A stretch of DNA of 64,000 nucleotides from Candidatus Fervidifonticultor quartus (GTDB lineage: Bacteria; Sysuimicrobiota; Sysuimicrobiia; Sysuimicrobiales; Humicultoraceae). Below, in pieces: positions 34,401-43,259 of the stretch (the first letter of the stretch is position 1; the number at the start of each line of letters is the position of its first letter). The notes beneath the pieces were generated by a model. The model ran no database searches, had not been told where the DNA came from, and saw nothing but the letters and a program-made list of their open reading frames with translations. The position numbers and the translations under genes are program-made. The DNA is taken from NCBI GenBank assembly GCA_031458775.1, contig JAVKJV010000002.1:42233-106232 (forward strand), in the 5' to 3' direction.

Positions 34401-35636
34401 ATGCGCCGCGTCGTGGTCACCGGCCTGGGCGTGGTCAGCCCGATCGGCATCGGGCACGAGGCGTTTTGGTCCGGGCTGATGGCCGGGCGGTCCGGGGTCG
34501 GTGAGGTGACGCGGTTCGACGCGTCGGCCTTCCAGACCCGCATTGCGGCCGAGGTGCGCGACTTCGACCCGACGGCGTTCATGGACCGCAAGGAGGTCCG
34601 ACGCAACGATCGGTTCGTCCAGTTCGCCTACGCGGCGACACGGCTGGCGATGGAGCACGCCGGCTTTGCGATCACGCCGGCGAACGCCTACCGCACCGGC
34701 GTCCTGATCGGGTCGGGCATCGGCGGCGCCACGACCTGGGAAGATCAGCACCGGACGCTGATCGAGCGCGGGCCGGACCGCGTGTCGCCGTTCTTCGTCC
34801 CGATGATGATCGTTAATATGGCCAGCGGGGTCACCGCGATCCTGACCGGTGCGAAGGGTCCCAGTTCCTGCGTGGTGACCGCCTGCGCGACGGGCGGCAA
34901 CGCGATCGGCGATGCGGTGCGCATTGTGCAGCGTGGCGACGCCGACGTGATGCTTGCCGGCGGCTCCGAGGCCGCCATCACACCCCTGTCGATGGCCGGC
35001 TTCTGTTCGATGAAGGCGATGTCCACCCGCAACGACGAGCCCTCGCGCGCCTGCCGGCCGTTCGACGCCACCCGCGACGGGTTTGTGATGGGTGAGGGTG
35101 CCGGCGTGGTGGTGTTGGAAGCGCTCGAGCATGCCGAAGCGCGCGGGGCGCCGATTATGGCCGAGATCCTCGGGTACGGCAGTACGACCGACGCGTTCCA
35201 CATTACGCAGCCCGACCCCGAGGGCGACGGCGCCGCCCGGAGTATGGCCGCGGCGATTGCCGACGCCGGCATCGGGCCTGAGGAGATCGACTACGTCAAC
35301 GCGCACGGCACGAGCACGCCCTACAACGATCGCCTGGAAACCCTGGCCATCAAGCGCGTGTTCGGCGACCATGCCAGGCGGCTGGCGGTCAGTTCCACCA
35401 AGTCGATGACCGGACACCTGCTGGGCGCGGCGGGCGGGGTCGAGTTCATCGCGTGCGTGCTTGCCCTGCGGCACCAGGCACTGCCGCCGACAATCAACTA
35501 TACTGTGCCGGATCCCGACTGTGACCTCGACTACGTGCCGAATACCGCCCGCCCGGCCCGCGCGCGCACGGTGATGTCCAACGCGTTTGGCTTCGGCGGG
35601 CACAACGCCGTACTGATCGTGAGGGCCTATGCGTAG
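34401..35636 (+). CDS. fabF: 3-oxoacyl-ACP synthase II
   Basis: Active-site [28 protein letters not shown]. Confidence 0.93.
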   Translation: MRRVVVTGLGVVSPIGIGHEAFWSGLMAGRSGVGEVTRFDASAFQTRIAAEVRDFDPTAFMDRKEVRRNDRFVQFAYAATRLAMEHAGFAITPANAYRTGVLIGSGIGGATTWEDQHRTLIERGPDRVSPFFVPMMIVNMASGVTAILTGAKGPSSCVVTACATGGNAIGDAVRIVQRGDADVMLAGGSEAAITPLSMAGFCSMKAMSTRNDEPSRACRPFDATRDGFVMGEGAGVVVLEALEHAEARGAPIMAEILGYGSTTDAFHITQPDPEGDGAARSMAAAIADAGIGPEEIDYVNAHGTSTPYNDRLETLAIKRVFGDHARRLAVSSTKSMTGHLLGAAGGVEFIACVLALRHQALPPTINYTVPDPDCDLDYVPNTARPARARTVMSNAFGFGGHNAVLIVRAYA

Positions 35637-36402
35637 ACCGCATCGAAGAACCCCGCCGGCGCCGCCGCCCGACGAGACCGGCGCCGTGGGCGAAGTGCTC
35701 AGCCAGGACCGTCTTGCGCAACTCGCGCAACTTGAGGAGCGGCTCGGCGTCAGGTTCCGCGACCGCTCGCTTCTGGATCTCGCGATGCGTCACGGATCGT
35801 TCAGTCACGAGAAGGGCCGCGACCCGGGCAAGAGCTATGAGCGGCTCGAGTTCCTGGGCGACGCGGTGTTGAGCCTGGTCGTCAGCGACGACCTGTATCG
35901 CCGGCACCCCGACATGGACGAGGGCGGGCTTGCGAAACAGCGCGCGCGTGTGGTGAACGAAGCCGCGCTCGCGTCGATCGCCCGACGTCTGAACCTGGGT
36001 CCCTACATCCTGCTCGGCCGGGGTGAGGAGAAGGGCGGCGGCCGGCAGCGGCCATCCCTGCTGGCGGACACTGTCGAGTCGGTCATCGGCGCGGTGTACA
36101 TCGACTCGGGCTACGGCGTCGCACACCACCTGGTGACCCGATGGCTTGGGGAACTCGGCGAGGTCATGGAGCGCGCCGGCGAGGACTTCAAGAGCCAGCT
36201 CCAGGAACGGCTCCAGCGCCGGAAGCAGATGCCCCGGTACCGGATTGCGCAAGAAGAGGGCCCGGATCACGCGCGGACGTTCGTGGCCGTGGTCGAGGCC
36301 GGCGGTCGGCCGATCGGCGAGGGCCGTGGCAGGAGCAAGAAGGAAGCGGAGCAGGCCGCCGCGGCAGACGCGCTGGCGCGCCTCGAGCGGCCCGCGTCGT
36401 GA
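35629..36402 (+). CDS. rnc: Ribonuclease III
   Basis: Signature [12 protein letters not shown] and C-terminal dsRBD ([14 protein letters not shown]). Start region has a basic/Pro-rich extension, so the start is uncertain. Confidence 0.9.
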   Translation: MRRPHRRTPPAPPPDETGAVGEVLSQDRLAQLAQLEERLGVRFRDRSLLDLAMRHGSFSHEKGRDPGKSYERLEFLGDAVLSLVVSDDLYRRHPDMDEGGLAKQRARVVNEAALASIARRLNLGPYILLGRGEEKGGGRQRPSLLADTVESVIGAVYIDSGYGVAHHLVTRWLGELGEVMERAGEDFKSQLQERLQRRKQMPRYRIAQEEGPDHARTFVAVVEAGGRPIGEGRGRSKKEAEQAAAADALARLERPAS

Positions 36403-36893
36403 GGCGCTTGTGGGCGCCCTGGCGGTTGAGCTACGTTGCCAGCCCACCAGCGCCCGGGTGCGTGTTCTGCCAGGCGCCCCAGGCCGGCGATGATCGCAGC
36501 GCGCTGATCGTCTATCGCGCGCCACTGGCCTATGTCATCCTCAACCGCTACCCCTACAACAGCGGCCACCTCATGGTGGTGCCGTTTCGCCACGTCGCCC
36601 GGCTGGATCACCTGACCGCCGAAGAATCGCAGGCACTGATCATGCTGGTCAGCCAGGCCATTCAGGGCTTGGAGCGCGCGATGTCGCCGGACGGGTTCAA
36701 CGTGGGTCTCAACCTCGGGCGCGCCGCGGGCGCGGGCATCGATGACCACTTGCATGTCCACGTCGTGCCGCGATGGAGCGGAGATACGAACTACATGCCG
36801 GTGTTGGGCGACACCAAGGTGCTGCCCCAGCACCTCGACGAGACCTACGCGGCGCTGGCCTCCGCGATGGCCGCCACGGCGCCGCTCGGTTGA
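36399..36893 (+). CDS. HIT-family nucleotide hydrolase/transferase (Ap4A phosphorylase/GalT-like branch)
   Basis: WAPWRLSYV...CVFC...YVILNRYPYNSGHLMVVP...DDHLHVHVVPRW histidine triad. GTG 36399 overlaps the rnc stop (GTGA). Confidence 0.85.
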   Translation: MRRLWAPWRLSYVASPPAPGCVFCQAPQAGDDRSALIVYRAPLAYVILNRYPYNSGHLMVVPFRHVARLDHLTAEESQALIMLVSQAIQGLERAMSPDGFNVGLNLGRAAGAGIDDHLHVHVVPRWSGDTNYMPVLGDTKVLPQHLDETYAALASAMAATAPLG

Positions 36894-36917
36894 CGACGTT
36901 TTCGCAGGGTCCCTACA

Positions 36918-37910
36918 ATGGGGGGCAATACCCGGCGGGATGTGCCGCTCGCGGGGAAGGGGTGCCTCGTGCCGATCCAGCCTGAGGTCCGGGACGACCC
37001 GGATCGGCTCGCCGTGTTCGAAGCCCGGCTGGCCGCCGGAGACCGCGTGGAACCAGGCGAGTGGATGCCGGCCCGCTATCGGGCGGAGTGCCTGCGCCTG
37101 ATCCGGATGCATGCCAACTCGGAGCTCATGGGCGCGCTGCCCGAGCGCGAGTGGATCCCCCGCGCGCCGACGTTGTCGCGCAAGTTGGCGCTCGTGGCGA
37201 AGGTGCAGGACGAGATCGGCCACGCGCAACTCCTCTACCGCGTCGCCGAAGACCTGGGCATGCCGCGCAGTCAGATGATCGACGAACTGCTGTCCGGTAC
37301 CTCGAAGTTTCACAACGTGTTCCACTACCCGGCCGAGACCTGGGCGGATGTCGCGGTCATCCAGGTCTTCGTGGACGGAGCGGCCATGCAGACGCAGGGA
37401 TCCCTGCGGTCATCGTCGTACGCGCCCTACGCACGGGTACTGAAGCGCATCTGCTATGAAGAGGACTTCCACATCCGGCTGGGGCTCGACAACTTCAAGG
37501 CCCTGGCCGAGGGCACGCCGCGACAGCGCGCCATGCTGCAGGACGCGCTCGACCGCTGGTGGCAACCGATCATGCACTTCTTCGGTCCCCGCGATGAGGC
37601 CTCGCCGCACCTTGAGACCATGATGCGGTGGCGCATCAGGGTCAAGACCAATGATGAACTGCGGCAGCAGTTTCTCCGGCAGTTCGTCCCGATCATCCAT
37701 GAGTACGGTCTGCAGGTGCCTGATGCCGGACTTCGGTGGGACGCGGCCGGCAAGCAGTACGTCTACAGCGAGCCCGACTGGGACGAGTTCCGACGCGTGA
37801 TTCGGGGCGACGGGCCAAAATCGAGAACCCGTCTGGAGCTGCGGAACCGCTATCACGCCCAGCACGCGTGGGTGCGCGACGCCGTGGCCCGATGGGGGAT
37901 GGCGACGTGA
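36918..37910 (+). CDS. paaA: 1,2-phenylacetyl-CoA epoxidase (phenylacetate-CoA oxygenase) subunit A, di-iron
   Basis: EWMPARYRAECLRLIRMHANSELMGALPEREWIPRAPTLSRKLALVAKVQDEIGHAQLLYRVAEDLG aligns closely with E. coli PaaA. An alternative GTG start at 36969 has a better purine-rich RBS. Confidence 0.88.
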   Translation: MGGNTRRDVPLAGKGCLVPIQPEVRDDPDRLAVFEARLAAGDRVEPGEWMPARYRAECLRLIRMHANSELMGALPEREWIPRAPTLSRKLALVAKVQDEIGHAQLLYRVAEDLGMPRSQMIDELLSGTSKFHNVFHYPAETWADVAVIQVFVDGAAMQTQGSLRSSSYAPYARVLKRICYEEDFHIRLGLDNFKALAEGTPRQRAMLQDALDRWWQPIMHFFGPRDEASPHLETMMRWRIRVKTNDELRQQFLRQFVPIIHEYGLQVPDAGLRWDAAGKQYVYSEPDWDEFRRVIRGDGPKSRTRLELRNRYHAQHAWVRDAVARWGMAT

Positions 37911-37935
37911 GACCGGGGCGGTACGGGCGACGACC

Positions 37936-38238
37936 ATGAACCTGGCCGCGATCACACCGGACGCGCGGCACACGTTCGCGGTGTTCCGTCAGGCTTCGAA
38001 GACCGACGCGCACGTCCACGTGGGCGATGTGCACGCGCCCGACGCGGAGATGGCGCTGGTGCTGGCGAAAGAGCAGTTCGCGCGCCGCGATCCCTGCGTG
38101 AACCTGTGGGTCGCGCGCTACGCAGACATCGCGGCCACGTCGTACGAGGACGCCGACATGCTCGAGCCGTCGACGGACAAGAGCTACCGGTTCGGCGGTT
38201 CGTACCGCGAGCAGCAGCGCGTCTACCGGCGGCGATGA
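37936..38238 (+). CDS. paaB: Phenylacetate-CoA oxygenase subunit B
   Basis: FAVFRQASKTDAHVHVGDVHAPDAEMALVLAKEQFARRDPCVNLWV matches the PaaB pattern (YEVF...HVGS.HA.D...AL..A...Y.RR....IWV). Confidence 0.85.
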   Translation: MNLAAITPDARHTFAVFRQASKTDAHVHVGDVHAPDAEMALVLAKEQFARRDPCVNLWVARYADIAATSYEDADMLEPSTDKSYRFGGSYREQQRVYRRR

Positions 38239-39038
38239 CCGGGCTGTGGGCCGCTCCGCACATGCCGGCGGTCCCAGACGAGACCGCGTCCCGCGCGGCC
38301 CTACGTGCATTGCTCCTGGCCATGGCCGACGACGACCTGGTGGTCGGGCATCGCCACTCCGAGTGGACCGGGCTGGCGCCCGACATCGAGTCTGACGTCG
38401 CGCTGTCGTCAATCGCGCAGGACGAGATCGGGCACGCCCGGCTGCTCTATGAGCAAGTCGCCGGGCTCGACGGTACCTCGGCCGATCGCTTGGCGTATGG
38501 CCGCGCGCCGCACGAATTTTGCAACGCCGTTCTGCTCGAGCGCGAAAACGGCGACTGGTCGTTCACGATCGTGCGCGCCTGGCTGTACGATCACGCCGAC
38601 GCGGTCCGGCTGAGCGCGCTCGCCGCGTCGCCACTGGGGTCGCTGGCCGCGGTGGCGAGCACGCTGCAGCGCGAAGAGAAGTACCACGTGCTGTTCAGCG
38701 AGACATGGCTCGAACGGTTGGCTCGGGCCACCGATGAGAGCCGCAGACGCATGCAGGCCGCGCTCGAGACCGCCTGGTCTGAGGCGCTGGCGGTGCTGGG
38801 GCCGACGCCGGATGTCGACGTGCTCACGAGGGCCGGGTTGTTGATCACGGGGCCGGCCGAGCAGCAGGCGCGGTGGGCTGCGGACGTCGCCCGACGTTTG
38901 ACCGCGTTTGGGCTCTGTCCCCCTGCGGGCGTGCCGGCCGCAGGGGGCGGTCGCGCCGCCGCGCACTCCCCGGCCCTCGCGGCGCTGCTTGACGAGATGA
39001 CCTCGGTCTGGCGCACGGATCCGGAGGCCACATGGTAG
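38235..39038 (+). CDS. paaC: Phenylacetate-CoA oxygenase subunit C
   Basis: LLLAMADDDLVVGHRHSEWTGLAPDIESDVALSSIAQDEIGHARLLY matches PaaC. ATG 38235 overlaps the paaB stop (ATGA). Confidence 0.85.
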   Translation: MTGLWAAPHMPAVPDETASRAALRALLLAMADDDLVVGHRHSEWTGLAPDIESDVALSSIAQDEIGHARLLYEQVAGLDGTSADRLAYGRAPHEFCNAVLLERENGDWSFTIVRAWLYDHADAVRLSALAASPLGSLAAVASTLQREEKYHVLFSETWLERLARATDESRRRMQAALETAWSEALAVLGPTPDVDVLTRAGLLITGPAEQQARWAADVARRLTAFGLCPPAGVPAAGGGRAAAHSPALAALLDEMTSVWRTDPEATW

Positions 39039-39532
39039 TTGATCCCGGCACGCTGTGGAAGGCGCTCGCTGACGTCGAGGACCCGGAGCTCCCGATCTCG
39101 ATCACGGATATGGGATTGGTACACCGCGTGGCCATCACCGAGGGACACGTGCGGGTCGAGATGCTACCCACGTTCACGGGTTGCCCCGCCCTGGAGGTGA
39201 TCACGGCGCGCGTGCGACGGCGGTTGGCCGAGATCCCGGGTGTGGACGTGGTGGATGTCGCGTTCGTGTTCGAGCCCGCGTGGACGATCACCCGCATGTC
39301 GGAGACGGGGCGTGCGCGCCTCAGGGCGCATGGGCTCAGTGTGCCGCGGACGGGCGGGATCGAGCCCGTGACGTGTCCGGTCTGCGGGTCCGCGAACACC
39401 ACGCTGGACAATCCGTTCGGCCCGACGCTCTGCCGCACGGTCTACTACTGCCGCGACTGCCGCAACCCCATCGAGCGGTTCAAACCGCCGGCCGCGGTGC
39501 TCGGCGCGCGTTCCGCTGACCGCACCGGATGA
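39032..39532 (+). CDS. paaD: Phenylacetate-CoA oxygenase subunit D (DUF59/SufT-like Fe-S assembly domain plus Zn-ribbon)
   Basis: LWKALADVEDPELPISITDMGLVHRV (DUF59) and C-terminal CPVCGS...CRDCRNP. Confidence 0.82.
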   Translation: MVVDPGTLWKALADVEDPELPISITDMGLVHRVAITEGHVRVEMLPTFTGCPALEVITARVRRRLAEIPGVDVVDVAFVFEPAWTITRMSETGRARLRAHGLSVPRTGGIEPVTCPVCGSANTTLDNPFGPTLCRTVYYCRDCRNPIERFKPPAAVLGARSADRTG

Positions 39533-40932
39533 TGATCCTGCGCCGGGCACCGGGGCGGGCGTTGGTCGGCCTCGTGGCCGTGGCGGTCCTGGTCGCGGCG
39601 CAGCCGCATCCGTTGCGCCCCGACGTTCGCCCGCCCGGGTTTCGCGCCGATGTCCTCGTTACCGGCGGGAGTCCTTCCGGCGTGGCCGCCGCCGTGGCCG
39701 CGGCCCGCGAGGGCATGGTCGTGGTGTTGGTCGAGCCGCGGCCCTTCTTGGGCACGGTGTGGACCGGCGCCATGCTGAACATGATGGACCTCAACCGGTT
39801 GCGCGACGGCCGGGTGCTGAACCGCGGCATCTTCGAGGAGATGTATCGCCGACTCGGCGGCGTGACGTTCGATCCCCGGCGCGCCAGGCAGGCGCTGCTG
39901 GCGCTGGTTGAGGCCGAGCCCGGGCTGACCTTGTTGCTCACGACAGCCCTCAGGCGCCCGCTGGTGGAGTCCGGTCGGGTAATCGGCGCGGTCGTGCGGC
40001 TTCCCGAGGGATCGGAAGTCGCGGTCGTCGCCACCGTGACCGTAGATGCGACCGATGACGGCGATCTCGCCGCCGCCGCCGGCGTGCCGTTCACGATCGG
40101 TCGAGAGACGCTGGGGCCCGACCACCGCACGATGCCGGCCACCCTGATGTTCCGCGTCGGAGATCTGGACTGGCCGGCGCTCGTCGCGTATGCGAACGCG
40201 CACCGCCGCGGCCGGCAACCGAGCGGCGTGCTGAACGGGTATGTGTGGGGATTCCGCCGGCTGATGTACGACTACCGCCCCGAAGACCCCGGCCTATCCG
40301 CGCATGACTTGAACATCGGCCGCCTGCCCGACGGGACGGCCTTCATCAACGCGCTGCAAGTCCACGATCTGGATGCCACCGACCGCGCCGCGCGCCTGGA
40401 TGCGTACCTGCGCGCCAAACGCGAGGTGCCGAATCTGGTCGAGTACCTCAGGGTGAACGTCGCGGGCTTTGCCCGGGCGCAGTTGCTTGAGGTGGCGCCG
40501 GAGCTCTACATCCGGGAGTCGCGCCACCTCCGGGGGCTCTACACGCTCACCGCGCAGGACATCGTGTACGAGACCCGCTTCTGGGACCGTGTCGGCGCGG
40601 CGTCGTATCCCATTGATTTGCACCAGTACGTGCCGGGCGAGCAATACCCTTACCGGCCGGTCCGCCACCCGTACACGATCCCGCTGCGGGCGCTCATCCC
40701 GATCGGTACCGACGGGCTGTTCGTCGCCAGCCGTGCGTTCTCGGCGACCTTCGAGGCCGCAGGGTCGGCGCGGGTGGTTCCCACGACCGTCGTGATGGGG
40801 CAGGCGACGGGCGTCGCCGCAGCCGTCTGTGTGGATGCCCGCGTGACACCACACGAACTGGCCGAGCGCCGGGATCTCGTACGAGAGGTGCAGAGGCGTC
40901 TGGTCCGGTCAGGGGCGGTTATCGACTTCTGA
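39529..40932 (+). CDS. FAD-dependent oxidoreductase (FAD_oxidored/GIDA-like family) with N-terminal signal or anchor
   Basis: Hydrophobic N-terminus ALVGLVAVAVLVAA, then dinucleotide-binding VLVTGGSPSGVAAAVAAAREG...VVLVE. Start overlaps the paaD stop (ATGA). Confidence 0.7.
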   Translation: MMILRRAPGRALVGLVAVAVLVAAQPHPLRPDVRPPGFRADVLVTGGSPSGVAAAVAAAREGMVVVLVEPRPFLGTVWTGAMLNMMDLNRLRDGRVLNRGIFEEMYRRLGGVTFDPRRARQALLALVEAEPGLTLLLTTALRRPLVESGRVIGAVVRLPEGSEVAVVATVTVDATDDGDLAAAAGVPFTIGRETLGPDHRTMPATLMFRVGDLDWPALVAYANAHRRGRQPSGVLNGYVWGFRRLMYDYRPEDPGLSAHDLNIGRLPDGTAFINALQVHDLDATDRAARLDAYLRAKREVPNLVEYLRVNVAGFARAQLLEVAPELYIRESRHLRGLYTLTAQDIVYETRFWDRVGAASYPIDLHQYVPGEQYPYRPVRHPYTIPLRALIPIGTDGLFVASRAFSATFEAAGSARVVPTTVVMGQATGVAAAVCVDARVTPHELAERRDLVREVQRRLVRSGAVIDF

Positions 40933-40935
40933 TCG

Positions 40936-41760
40936 GTGGAGGCACCCGTGCCGCTGCCGGCGACGTTGAGCCTGGTCTACCACGCGCGCGAGTCGTTCCC
41001 GCGCGAAGTGCCGCTGGAGGCCGTCTACCGCACCCTCGACGTCGAATCGCCCGGCGGCCGGCCTGCCGTCATCGTGAACATGGTACAGACCCTGGACGGC
41101 GTCGTGGCCATCGGCGGCAAGGCCTGGGCCATCGGGTCGGAGGTGGACCACTATCTGTTTCGGACGCTGCGCGGCTGGGCCGATGTCGTGCTGAGCGGCG
41201 CCGGCACGCTGCGCGAGAACGACGTGATCGCCGCGACCCACGCGTCCCTGCAGGCCGAGCGCCGCGCCGCGGGCCGGCCGGCACACCCCACGGCCGTGGT
41301 CGTGACGCGTCGGGCGGAGTTCTCCGACGATGTCCTGCGCAAGCGCTTTTTCACCCATCGCGAGGCCACGCCCGTGGTCGTGACCACCGAACTGGCCCGT
41401 GACGCAGATCGCCGTCGCGTCACCACCGCCGGCGCAGAGCTTGTCGTCGTTCCCGCGACGCCTGAGGGGGAGATCGACCTCCGCGCGGTGCTCGACCGGT
41501 TCTCGTCCCGCGGGGTACGGCGTGTCCTGGCGGAGGGCGGGCCGTCGACCAACCGCCGTCTGGTCGAAGCCGGCCTCGTGGACGAACTCTTCGTCACGCT
41601 GACTGCGCGTGTGGTCGGGGAGGCCGGGGCACAGGCGGTCCTGACCGGGGTGCTCGGCGGTGCGCCCGCGGATCTCCGGCTCATCAGCGAGCTGCACTGC
41701 CGGGCACCGTACCTGCGAGAGTGGTACCTGCGCTTTGCCGTCGCAGGAGCGCGCGGGTGA
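40936..41760 (+). CDS. RibD C-terminal domain / dihydrofolate-reductase-like reductase family protein
   Basis: VNMVQTLDGVVAIGGKAWAIGSEVDHYLFRTLRGWADVVLSGAGTLRE ... RRVLAEGGPSTNRRLVEAGLVDELFVTLTARVVG follows the RibD_C pattern. Confidence 0.72.
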   Translation: MEAPVPLPATLSLVYHARESFPREVPLEAVYRTLDVESPGGRPAVIVNMVQTLDGVVAIGGKAWAIGSEVDHYLFRTLRGWADVVLSGAGTLRENDVIAATHASLQAERRAAGRPAHPTAVVVTRRAEFSDDVLRKRFFTHREATPVVVTTELARDADRRRVTTAGAELVVVPATPEGEIDLRAVLDRFSSRGVRRVLAEGGPSTNRRLVEAGLVDELFVTLTARVVGEAGAQAVLTGVLGGAPADLRLISELHCRAPYLREWYLRFAVAGARG

Positions 41761-41814
41761 GGGTGCGAAATCTCCGGCAACGCCGTATCCGACCGATCCA
41801 GGAGCCGTGACGCC

Positions 41815-43209
41815 ATGCCGCGTGAACCCATGCCCGATCTCGTCGTGCTCCTTCCCGGCATCTGCGGCAGCGCGCTGCGCAAGGACGGTCGCGATCTGTG
41901 GGCGATCTCCGGGGACGCGGCGAGCCGCCTGCTCTTCAGCCTGGGCCGCAGCCTCGGCGACCTGAGGCTCACCGACGACCCGGCGGACGTCGACGATCTC
42001 GGCGACGGCATCACTGCCGACCGGCTGATCGCCGACCTGCACCTCATCCCCTATCTGTGGAAGATCGACGGGTACACGAAGGTGGCCGACACACTCAAAG
42101 CGACCTTCGAGGTCACTCCCGGCCGCAACTATTTCGAGTTTCCCTACGACTGGCGTCGTGACAACCGCGTGGCGGCCCGCCGCCTCCAACGGGAGAGCCG
42201 ACGATGGCTCGCCGACTGGCGACAGTCGTCCGGGAACGCGGACGCCAAGCTGATCCTCATCGGCCACTCGATGGGCGGCGTCGTGTCCCGATACTTCCTC
42301 GAATGTCTGGACGGCTGGCGCGAATGCCGGGCGCTCGTGACCTTCGGCACACCGTACCTGGGGGCCCTCAACGCCCTCGACTTCCTCGCGAACGGGATGC
42401 GCAAAGGCCCGGCCGGCGTCGTTGACCTTTCGGGTCTCATCCGTTCGCTGACGTCCGTCTACCAGTTGCTGCCGGTCTACGACTGCTATGATCCTGGCGA
42501 CGGGACGCTGGTGACGGTCGGCAAGACCACGGGCGTCCCCAACGTGGATGCCGGTCGCGCCGCGGCCGCCTACGCGTTCCACCGCGAGATCGCCGACGCG
42601 GTCGCGCGGCACCGGCAGGACGACGAGTACGTCCGCCAGGGGTACAAGATCTTCCCCATCGTGGGGACGCACCAGCCGACGCAGCAGTCGGCGCGCCGGA
42701 CGGCAACCGGCGTCGAGATGGCGCAGGCCCTGGCCGGCCGCGACGACGGCGGTGACGGCACGGTGCCGCGGGTCTCGGCCACGCCGGTCGAACTGCAACA
42801 GTTGGGCCGTGAGATGTACGCGGCGACGCGCCACGCGTCCCTCCAGAACGCCGACGCGGTGCTGGCGCAACTGCACGGTGTCATCACGGGACTGTCCCTG
42901 TCGGTCCCGAAACCGTTCCCGGTGCGGCTCGACGTGGTCCGGCTCGGCCTCGACCTCGACGACGCCTACTGGACCGACGAGCCGGTCGAGGCGCGCGTGC
43001 GCGGCCGCGCCGGCGAGGATGTGGTCGTGACCGTCAGCAGCGCAGCCACCGGCGCCCAGGTGGCCGCGCGGCCGATTGCCCTTCAGGATGCCCCGTGGAC
43101 TCCTGCGCCATTCAGTCCCCTGCCCGCCGGAACATATCGCATCACGGTCTCCGGGCATGAACGTGTCGAGCCCGTGGCCGACATCTTTGCGGTCTTCGAA
43201 CATCGCTAG
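41815..43209 (+). CDS. LCAT/PGAP1-like alpha/beta-hydrolase (lipase/acyltransferase) with C-terminal beta-rich domain
   Basis: Nucleophile elbow LILIGHSMGGVVSRYF (Ser152), GGDGTVP (Asp314), TRHASLQN (His340). FEFPYDWRRDN is the LCAT-family YDWR block. About 100-aa C-terminal beta-strand-like region (RITVSG..., VVVTVSS...). AGGAG RBS 10 nt before ATG 41815. Confidence 0.75.
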   Translation: MPREPMPDLVVLLPGICGSALRKDGRDLWAISGDAASRLLFSLGRSLGDLRLTDDPADVDDLGDGITADRLIADLHLIPYLWKIDGYTKVADTLKATFEVTPGRNYFEFPYDWRRDNRVAARRLQRESRRWLADWRQSSGNADAKLILIGHSMGGVVSRYFLECLDGWRECRALVTFGTPYLGALNALDFLANGMRKGPAGVVDLSGLIRSLTSVYQLLPVYDCYDPGDGTLVTVGKTTGVPNVDAGRAAAAYAFHREIADAVARHRQDDEYVRQGYKIFPIVGTHQPTQQSARRTATGVEMAQALAGRDDGGDGTVPRVSATPVELQQLGREMYAATRHASLQNADAVLAQLHGVITGLSLSVPKPFPVRLDVVRLGLDLDDAYWTDEPVEARVRGRAGEDVVVTVSSAATGAQVAARPIALQDAPWTPAPFSPLPAGTYRITVSGHERVEPVADIFAVFEHR

Positions 43210-43259
43210 CCGCGCGACCCCGCCGATGCGGGGGATTCCGAGATCTGGAGGCGGGCCAC

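Noticed and set aside
39529-40932. FAD oxidoreductase as a functional replacement for the missing PaaE reductase
   Set aside because: PaaE is an FNR-like flavoprotein with a 2Fe-2S ferredoxin domain. This protein belongs to a different FAD family, has no Cys cluster motif and has a signal/anchor-like N-terminus. The coupling is noted as a finding, but the substitution is not supported.
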